A stretch of DNA of 64,000 nt from Oligoflexia bacterium (GTDB taxonomy: Bacteria; Bdellovibrionota; Bacteriovoracia; Bacteriovoracales; Bacteriovoracaceae): contig JADGAN010000027.1 in assembly GCA_015231955.1 (NCBI GenBank), forward strand, positions 7,582-71,581, in the 5' to 3' direction. Every line of letters starts with the position of its first letter. The stretch's first letter is position 1. This document shows, in pieces, positions 28,936 through 36,142 of the stretch. Under the pieces are notes generated by a model that saw only the letters and a list, made by a program, of their open reading frames with translations, did no database searches and was not told the origin of the DNA. Position numbers and translations under genes: made by a program.

Positions 28936-30710
28936 GTAACAAAGCAAAGAAGTTTATCTTTATCACTGGTGGCGTTGCCAGTTCGCTTGGCAAAGGACTT
29001 GCTGCCGCCTCAATAGCCTGCCTGCTCGAACGCCGAGGCATCAATGTCCGCCTCCTAAAGATGGATCCTTACATCAATGTCGATCCCGGAACCATGAGCC
29101 CCACACAACACGGTGAGGTCTTTGTTACCGATGATGGCGCCGAAACCGATCTCGACCTTGGCCACTACGAGCGTTTCACCTCGCTCACACTCCTAAAGAA
29201 ACACAACTTCACCACTGGACAAGTCTACTTGCGCGTAATCGAAAATGAGCGCGAAGGAAAATATTTAGGCAAGACGGTGCAGGTGGTTCCACATATCACC
29301 GATGAGATTAAGCGAAGAATTCATATCGCCGCCGAAGATGCCGACCTACTTATTGGTGAGATTGGTGGTACCGTTGGTGATATTGAATCGCTGCCTTTCT
29401 TGGAGGCCATTCGCCAACTCTCCTCGGAAGTGGGCAAGGGAAATGTACTTTTTATTCACCTGGTACTGGTTCCTTATTTACAAGCAGCAGGCGAACTAAA
29501 ATCTAAACCCGCCCAACACTCGGTTAAAGAGCTTCGAAGCATCGGACTCTTTCCCGACCTCTTTATCTGTCGCTGTGAACGCACACTTGATGACCATTTA
29601 ATTGACAAGATCTCTCTCTTTGGAAATGTTCCTAAAGAGCACGTTTTTCAATCGGTGGATTTAAACTCCATCTATAAACTTCCTTTAGAGTTTCATCGCC
29701 AAAAATTGGATGCAAAAATCATTTCTCTCCTCGGTATTTGGGCACGCGAACCGTGGATCTCTGACCTCGAGAAGATGGTTTATAATATTGAGCATCCCCT
29801 CTGTCGTGTAAAAATCGGTATTGTTGGCAAATACACCGAGCTTACTGAGTCGTATAAATCGCTCGAAGAAGCGCTTCACCATGGAGGCATTTTTAATCAA
29901 GTACAGGCAAAGCTAGAATACATTGATGCTGAAGAGTTAGAAGGTACCGCTACTGCGGCCGATGAAAAGTTTATCAATGAACGCTTAAGCTCCTTTGATG
30001 CTCTCTTAGTTCCCGGTGGCTTTGGTGCACGCGGAACCGAGGGGAAAATTGCAGCGATCAAATGGGCACGCACTCATCGCATTCCCTTCTTTGGTATTTG
30101 TCTAGGTCTGCAACTGGCGGTGATTGAGTATGCACGAAATGTGGCAAAGCTTGCAGAGGCCACCTCTGCAGAGTTTTCAGCTTATGGCGATCTCGTCATC
30201 AACTACCTAGAAGGACAAGATCAACATGGGCCCAAAGGAGGCAGCATGCGCCTGGGGGCCTATCGTTGTAGCATTAAAGAGAATACACTCGCACACACTC
30301 TTTATCAGTGTAAGCAAATTTCTGAACGCCATCGCCATCGCCTTGAGGTGAATAACCACTACCTTGACGACTTAACCAAGGCCGGTCTTCTCATCTCCGG
30401 CATCAATGAGGATAAAAATCTTGTTGAACTAATCGAGATCTCACGCAAAGAGCATCCTTACTTTATCGCTTGCCAGTTTCATCCCGAATTTAAATCCAAA
30501 CCCTTTAAACCACACCCGCTCTTTGAGGGCCTGGTGCTTGCAGGGCTTGCACACAAGCGCTTTAAAGATCCCTCTTCGGCACAGCTTTCTCTTGATAACA
30601 GCGTTCCAACGGAGGAAGAGGAGGATCGCAATGCTATCTCAAAAATTGCCCCGTGGAAGAACTCCGACTTTTTTAACTTTGAACGTTTTGAAGGAAACTA
30701 TTTAGCATGA
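28932..30710 (+). CDS. pyrG: CTP synthase
   Basis: KFIFITGGVASSLGKG N-terminus and GATase FFGICLGLQ. ATGA overlap with the kdsB stop. Confidence 0.95.
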   Translation: MSNKAKKFIFITGGVASSLGKGLAAASIACLLERRGINVRLLKMDPYINVDPGTMSPTQHGEVFVTDDGAETDLDLGHYERFTSLTLLKKHNFTTGQVYLRVIENEREGKYLGKTVQVVPHITDEIKRRIHIAAEDADLLIGEIGGTVGDIESLPFLEAIRQLSSEVGKGNVLFIHLVLVPYLQAAGELKSKPAQHSVKELRSIGLFPDLFICRCERTLDDHLIDKISLFGNVPKEHVFQSVDLNSIYKLPLEFHRQKLDAKIISLLGIWAREPWISDLEKMVYNIEHPLCRVKIGIVGKYTELTESYKSLEEALHHGGIFNQVQAKLEYIDAEELEGTATAADEKFINERLSSFDALLVPGGFGARGTEGKIAAIKWARTHRIPFFGICLGLQLAVIEYARNVAKLAEATSAEFSAYGDLVINYLEGQDQHGPKGGSMRLGAYRCSIKENTLAHTLYQCKQISERHRHRLEVNNHYLDDLTKAGLLISGINEDKNLVELIEISRKEHPYFIACQFHPEFKSKPFKPHPLFEGLVLAGLAHKRFKDPSSAQLSLDNSVPTEEEEDRNAISKIAPWKNSDFFNFERFEGNYLA

Positions 30711-31516
30711 AACTTTACCTTGGCCCTTGTGTTTTAGAGAGTAGTGAACTGGCCCATACCATTGCTAGCACCATCGTGGAGAAAATTCTTCCGCTCCAAA
30801 AGTTACAACAAACTCCGCAAGTGATCTTCAAAGGAAGTTTCGATAAGGCCAATCGCACCTCGATCAACTCCTATCGTGGTCCTGGTATAAAAGCGGGACT
30901 AAAACTCCTTGCTGATATTCGTGATCGCTACTCGCTTCCACTGCTCACCGATTTTCACACTCCAGAGCAAGCAATGGAGGTCGCCGAGGTTGTGGATATT
31001 GTACAAATTCCCGCATTCCTTTGCCGGCAAACCGATATGCTCATCGAAGGCGCCAAAGCCTGCAAACACTTTGGCCGCAAGTTAAAAATCAAAAAAGGGC
31101 AGTTCCTCGCTCCTTTGGATACTAAAAATATTGTAGAGAAGGCGCACCACTTTCTTCCACTTGAAGATATCATCTTAACCGAACGTGGCAGTAGTTTTGG
31201 ATATAACAATCTCATCGTAGATATGGCCAGCTTTCAAATTATGCAGTCGTTTGGAGTACAAGTGGTGTACGATGCCACTCACGCAGTTCAATGTCCCGGT
31301 AGTGCCGGTGCACATACTGGAGGCAAGCGCGAACAGATCATGGTACTGGCAATGGCCGCAGTAGCAGCAGGTGCTGATGGTATTTTCCTGGAAACCCACC
31401 CTCACCCTGAAAAGGCGCTCTCCGATGCCACAACCTCTTGGCCTTTAGATAAACTCCCTTCGCTACTTGCAAAACTTATTACTCTCCATCAAACAGTCGA
31501 ACAGTTGCAGGACTAA
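30707..31516 (+). CDS. kdsA: 3-deoxy-8-phosphooctulonate synthase (Kdo8P synthase)
   Basis: GSFDKANRTS, IPAFLCRQTD and YDATHAVQ motifs. 4-nt overlap with pyrG. Confidence 0.95.
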   Translation: MKLYLGPCVLESSELAHTIASTIVEKILPLQKLQQTPQVIFKGSFDKANRTSINSYRGPGIKAGLKLLADIRDRYSLPLLTDFHTPEQAMEVAEVVDIVQIPAFLCRQTDMLIEGAKACKHFGRKLKIKKGQFLAPLDTKNIVEKAHHFLPLEDIILTERGSSFGYNNLIVDMASFQIMQSFGVQVVYDATHAVQCPGSAGAHTGGKREQIMVLAMAAVAAGADGIFLETHPHPEKALSDATTSWPLDKLPSLLAKLITLHQTVEQLQD

Positions 31517-31535
31517 AGAGGCAAAAAGAGGAAAA

Positions 31536-32156
31536 ATGAAAACAAACAATCTCCACCTGCTGGCGCAAAAATTTTCTAAACAGTTGCAACCCATCTCCGT
31601 TTTTCTCATGGACGTTGATGGCATCCTCACCAATGGCATTATCTACTATAGTGGCAATGAGATTGGGTTTAACCGCTTCTTTCACGCCCACGATGGGTAC
31701 ATTCTCAAGGTGCTACAATCCGCAGGGATCAATGTTGGCGTGATCTCGGGGGGAGACAGTATAGGCCTTCGCAAACGCGTGGAGATCTTAAACCTCGACC
31801 CCAATTTTGTTTTCCTTGGAAACGAAGATAAACGTGAGGCCTTCATCGAGGTCACGAAACGTGCCAAATGTACAAGTGAAAATATCCTCTATATGGGAGA
31901 TGAACTCTTCGATATCCCGCTTTTAAAGCGTGCCGGCTTCTCTGCCACTGTTCCAAATGCTAGTCAAGAGGTGAAAGATGCTGTAGATTATGTCACCTTT
32001 AGGAGCGGCGGCGATGGTGCTGTCCGTGAGGTTGCTGACATTCTCCGCTATGCTAAAGGCATTTATCCACTCGTTCCCGATTTCGCAGATCTGAAAGATC
32101 TGCAAGATTTGAAAGATTTGAAAGATTTTAATAGTGATGAACACAAAACAATATAA
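31536..32156 (+). CDS. kdsC: Kdo8P phosphatase (HAD family) with a repetitive C-terminal tail
   Basis: VFLMDVDGILTNG (DxDG) and YMGDELFDIP motifs. Start moved to the ATG at 31536 after the kdsA stop. Confidence 0.85.
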   Translation: MKTNNLHLLAQKFSKQLQPISVFLMDVDGILTNGIIYYSGNEIGFNRFFHAHDGYILKVLQSAGINVGVISGGDSIGLRKRVEILNLDPNFVFLGNEDKREAFIEVTKRAKCTSENILYMGDELFDIPLLKRAGFSATVPNASQEVKDAVDYVTFRSGGDGAVREVADILRYAKGIYPLVPDFADLKDLQDLKDLKDFNSDEHKTI

Positions 32157-33186
32157 TACCGCTGTAGTCTTGGCCGCAGGAACCTTTGGTAGCTCCATGG
32201 CCTCTGTCCTCTCCAACAATTTCAAGCAAGTGATTGTCAAAGTTCGTTCTCCGGAACTCTATCAAACGTTACAAAAAGGGGCCAACCCGCTCTATCTTCC
32301 AGGAATAAAACTTCCACAAAATATCACTCCGGCAATTAGCTGGGAGGAGGTTTCCGACCTCACCCAAAGTAACGCCCATGTGGAATTAATCGTAAATGGA
32401 CTACCCTCGCACGCACTCTCTCTCTTTGCAGAAAAGTACCACTATCACCATATACTCTCCTATTTGGAACGAGGAATTCCCATCGTCTCCCTCACCAAAG
32501 GAATTAATCAGCATAACTTAAAGTTGCCCGATGATATTCTCTTTGACCTCTTTCGCAACTATGAAGACCTCTTTACCTTTCTCTCCGGCCCCTCCTATGC
32601 AGAGGAGATCATTGAGGAACAGATTACACTTGTGTCACTTGCAGGGAAATCACGCAACACCATCATCAATGTTGCCAACATGTTAAACACCAACTACTTT
32701 CGCGCCTTTCCCACCTATGACATTAAAGGGGTGCTGCTGGGAGGTGCACTCAAAAACGTTCTCGCTATCGCCGCAGGGATTCTTGAGGGCCTTGGTTACA
32801 ACCATAACACTCGTGCAGCGCTGATCACTGCTGGAATTTCCGATATGCTTCGTTTTGGTCAAGTGTTAAATGCACGTCCCGAAACCTTCTATGGCCTTAG
32901 CGGGATGGGAGATCTTATCCTGACCACAACTGGAACATTAAGTAGAAATAAGTGGTTTGGAAAAGAGCTCGCAAAAGGACGCTCACCCGAGGAGATCTTA
33001 AGCTCACAACGAACTGTCGTTGAAGGCCATCAAACCAGCAAGGCCGCCGAGAAATTGGCCCAAAAATACAACATCAAATGTAGGATTTTTAACGGCGTCT
33101 ATCGTATCCTCTACGAAAACAAAAATCCACACTCTGTGATCGAAGAGCTCTTGAGTTACTCTGCTAAAGTACATACACTATTTTAA
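32137..33186 (+). CDS. gpsA: NAD(P)H-dependent glycerol-3-phosphate dehydrogenase
   Basis: GGALKNVLAIAAGI signature and N-terminal dinucleotide fold. Confidence 0.9.
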   Translation: MNTKQYNTAVVLAAGTFGSSMASVLSNNFKQVIVKVRSPELYQTLQKGANPLYLPGIKLPQNITPAISWEEVSDLTQSNAHVELIVNGLPSHALSLFAEKYHYHHILSYLERGIPIVSLTKGINQHNLKLPDDILFDLFRNYEDLFTFLSGPSYAEEIIEEQITLVSLAGKSRNTIINVANMLNTNYFRAFPTYDIKGVLLGGALKNVLAIAAGILEGLGYNHNTRAALITAGISDMLRFGQVLNARPETFYGLSGMGDLILTTTGTLSRNKWFGKELAKGRSPEEILSSQRTVVEGHQTSKAAEKLAQKYNIKCRIFNGVYRILYENKNPHSVIEELLSYSAKVHTLF

Positions 33187-33188
33187 TT

Positions 33189-33294
33189 GTAACTGCTCAC
33201 ACCCCTCAACCTTCACCTCTCAACCAGATGCTGTTAGCTAAGCAACTTTCAGCATCCGGTAGAGGGTAGATGGCCGAAGGGTGTGAGCAGTTAC
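33189..33294 (+). mobile_element. 106-bp MITE, copy 3 (two substitutions)
   Basis: Flanked by the 8-bp duplication TTTTAATT (33181-33188 and 33295-33302). Sits 2 nt after the gpsA stop and 47 nt before the next start. Confidence 0.95.
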
Positions 33295-33341
33295 TTTTAA
33301 TTTTGATCCTAATCTAATCCTGATTGGACAAGGAGGCCACC

Positions 33342-34325
33342 ATGACAACGATAACATGCGGTCTTTGCCCTCGCGAATGCCACTTAAAAGAGGGACAACG
33401 TGGATTTTGTTTTGTACGTGTAAATGAAGGAGGCAAAGTGGTCTTAAGCGGTTATGGCCGCACCTCTGGCATTGCACTTGATCCCATCGAAAAAAAACCA
33501 CTCTACCACTACTCCCCAGGAGAGATGATTCTCTCTCTCGGAACTATCGGTTGCAATCTAGGATGTAAATTTTGTCAAAACTGGTCTATCAGTCGTGCTC
33601 GTGATCTCTCGCTGCTCCATCAAAAGGCCTCTCCCAAGGAGGTTGTGGCCCTAGCGAAGCTCAACAACGTTAAGATGATCGCTTACACCTACAATGAACC
33701 TATCGTCGCTTCTGAATATGTTTTAGATATTGCTACACTTGCACGTGAACAGAACATTCGTTCGGTCGCCGTCTCTGCTGGTTACATTAGTCCTGGCCCT
33801 CGCGAAAAATTTTTCTCTGCTATGGATGCAACCAACATCGACCTTAAGGCCTTTAGCGAAGCGTTCTACCGCGATTTTGTGGGTGGTGCCCATTTGCAAC
33901 CAGTGCTTGATACCCTCCTCTATATCAAAAAGGAGACTGCTTGCTGGCCCGAGATTACCAACCTACTCATCCCTGGCGCTAACGATAGCAGTAGCGAAAT
34001 TGCAAAAATGTGTGATTGGATTGTGGAAAAGCTTGGCCCGACGGTACCACTGCACTTTTCCGCTTTTCATCCCGATTGGAAACTACAAGATCGCGCGCGA
34101 ACACCTCTGGCAACACTTACGCGTGCACAAGAGATTGCAAAAAAAAGTGGCCTTCACTACGTCTATCTTGGTAATGTAGCAAGCGATCACGGAGGCACCA
34201 CCTTTTGTCCTAATTGCCAGGCCGCAGTCATTGAAAGACAAGGGTATACTATCACTAGCTGGGGAATCGTGGGAAACAAATGTAAAGGGTGCGGACACGA
34301 AATCAGTGGGCACTTTGAGCTTTGA
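33342..34325 (+). CDS. AmmeMemoRadiSam-system radical SAM enzyme
   Basis: N-terminal CGLCPRECHLKEGQRGFCFVR, DPIEKKPLYHY and radical-SAM cluster GCNLGCKFCQNW. RBS AAGGAGG lies before the ATG at 33342. Confidence 0.85.
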   Translation: MTTITCGLCPRECHLKEGQRGFCFVRVNEGGKVVLSGYGRTSGIALDPIEKKPLYHYSPGEMILSLGTIGCNLGCKFCQNWSISRARDLSLLHQKASPKEVVALAKLNNVKMIAYTYNEPIVASEYVLDIATLAREQNIRSVAVSAGYISPGPREKFFSAMDATNIDLKAFSEAFYRDFVGGAHLQPVLDTLLYIKKETACWPEITNLLIPGANDSSSEIAKMCDWIVEKLGPTVPLHFSAFHPDWKLQDRARTPLATLTRAQEIAKKSGLHYVYLGNVASDHGGTTFCPNCQAAVIERQGYTITSWGIVGNKCKGCGHEISGHFEL

Positions 34326-34335
34326 GATTTGAATT

Positions 34336-35358
34336 ATGAAAACCAATTTCTTTATTCTTCAACCTCTGGTCATTTTTATCTTCTCCATCGTTGCACTTGT
34401 GCTTTCGCTGACGCTCTTTCTCCATTGGTACTTTCGCATGACCAGTGAATTTAATCAGTTCATTGGAAAGTTCAAGATCAGTCCCGATGTTTTCTGGGCC
34501 CCACACTCTTGGGTCATTATTGTTATCACCTCTGTGCTCCTGGGCTGCATCTTGGTCGGGCTCGCCATCATCTTTACCTACTACCAAAAAACCATTCAAC
34601 TCTACACACTCCAAGAGAGTTTTATCAATAATTTCAGTCACGAGTTAAAAACTCCAATTGCCTCCATCAAACTCTATTTAGAGACCATCAACAAGTACAA
34701 CCTTCCTCGGGAAAAACAACTGGAGTTTGTCTCCTTCATGCTCAAAGATACCAGTCGCCTTTCAGAACACGTACAACAAATTTTGCTCGCCGGTGGACTA
34801 GAACAACGGCAATCCTATAAAGCAACAAACACCATCAGTACCGATATTACGAACTTCATTCGTGAATTTTTAAAGAGTAATGCCCATCTTTTTAACAATG
34901 CCAAGATTGAGATGATCGACAAAAGCCTGGTTACCACTCCCATCATAATGCAAATCAACCCTACCCTCTTTGAAACTTTGCTCATGAATTTAATTACCAA
35001 TGCAATTAAGCATAACCACCAAGCAGTACCCAGGTTACAAATCACCCTTTCTCAAAATAAAAAAATTACCGAGATAACATTTTCAGATAACGGTCTTGGC
35101 CTAAAAAAAGAAGAGCAAAAACACATCTTTCAAAAATTTTATCAAATAGATCGCAAAACAACGACCAACACCTATGGTACCCATAGTCCCAATAAAAACC
35201 CCAAGGGATCGGGTCTTGGACTCTACATCACCAAACAGATCACCAAAATTCACTTTGGTAAAATCACCGCCTCCAGTCCAGGACTTGAACAAGGCACCAC
35301 TTTTGTTTTACACTTTCCAAGAAATATCAACCTCTTTACCAGGATTGGATTAACATGA
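34336..35358 (+). CDS. two-TM sensor histidine kinase
   Basis: H-box FSHELKTPIASI, N-box NLITNAIKHN, G1 DNGLGL, G2 GSGLGLYI. Confidence 0.85.
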   Translation: MKTNFFILQPLVIFIFSIVALVLSLTLFLHWYFRMTSEFNQFIGKFKISPDVFWAPHSWVIIVITSVLLGCILVGLAIIFTYYQKTIQLYTLQESFINNFSHELKTPIASIKLYLETINKYNLPREKQLEFVSFMLKDTSRLSEHVQQILLAGGLEQRQSYKATNTISTDITNFIREFLKSNAHLFNNAKIEMIDKSLVTTPIIMQINPTLFETLLMNLITNAIKHNHQAVPRLQITLSQNKKITEITFSDNGLGLKKEEQKHIFQKFYQIDRKTTTNTYGTHSPNKNPKGSGLGLYITKQITKIHFGKITASSPGLEQGTTFVLHFPRNINLFTRIGLT

Positions 35359-36095
35359 CAGCACATCTCTCGCTCGCCTCTGCTCGCATTTTAGTTGTCG
35401 AGGATGAGCCACACCTTGCTCAAGGATTATCTTTCAACTTAGAACAAGAGGGCGCGATTGTTCTTTGTGCTAGTGACGGCGACGATGCTTTAAAAATCTG
35501 GAAAGAGTTCTCCCCCAACCTCATCGTCCTCGACTTAATGTTACCCTCTATATCCGGCCTTGAAGTCTTGGAAAAAATCCGCTTTGAAAGCGAACGTATC
35601 CCTGTACTCATCCTCTCTGCTAAAAATCAATTAAACGACAAGCTCTCTGGCTTTTCCCTTGGTGCCGACGACTATCTTACCAAACCCTTTCACCTCGAAG
35701 AGTTCCTTTGTCGCATCCAACGCCTACTCAAACAATCACGCTGGTACGAGCATAAAGATCAAACTATTCCCGAACTCACCGAGGAGCTTTCCTACCAATT
35801 TGGAGACAACACCATCCACTTTGAAAACTGCTGGGCCAAAACCTCTCATGGTGAATTCCGCTTAACCGAACAAGAGCTAAAATTGCTCAAAATCTTTTGC
35901 AGCAATCCCGAGAAGATTATCTCAAGAAAACAGCTTTTAATCGAAGGCTGGGGCTATCACGAAGATATCGAAACCCGCACGCTTGACATTTTTCTTGCAC
36001 GCCTTCGAAAATATTTCGAACAAAATTCCAAAGGCCCAAAACACTTTATCAGCGTTCGCAATCAAGGTATCGTCTTCTATCCTCACCCTAAATAA
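35355..36095 (+). CDS. OmpR/PhoB-family response regulator
   Basis: ILVVEDEPHLA, LDLMLP and a winged-helix C-terminus. ATGA overlap with the kinase gene. Confidence 0.9.
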   Translation: MTAHLSLASARILVVEDEPHLAQGLSFNLEQEGAIVLCASDGDDALKIWKEFSPNLIVLDLMLPSISGLEVLEKIRFESERIPVLILSAKNQLNDKLSGFSLGADDYLTKPFHLEEFLCRIQRLLKQSRWYEHKDQTIPELTEELSYQFGDNTIHFENCWAKTSHGEFRLTEQELKLLKIFCSNPEKIISRKQLLIEGWGYHEDIETRTLDIFLARLRKYFEQNSKGPKHFISVRNQGIVFYPHPK

Positions 36096-36108
36096 AAAAT
36101 CAACTCAC

Positions 36109-36138
36109 AGAGTCCCATTAGTCGGCTGGCACTTTTTT
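36109..36138 (+). repeat. REP-like 30-mer AGAGTCCCATTAGTCGGCTGGCACTTTTTT
   Basis: Exact 30-bp identity with 47580-47609. Both copies lie between convergent gene ends. Confidence 0.85.
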
Positions 36139-36142
36139 GATA

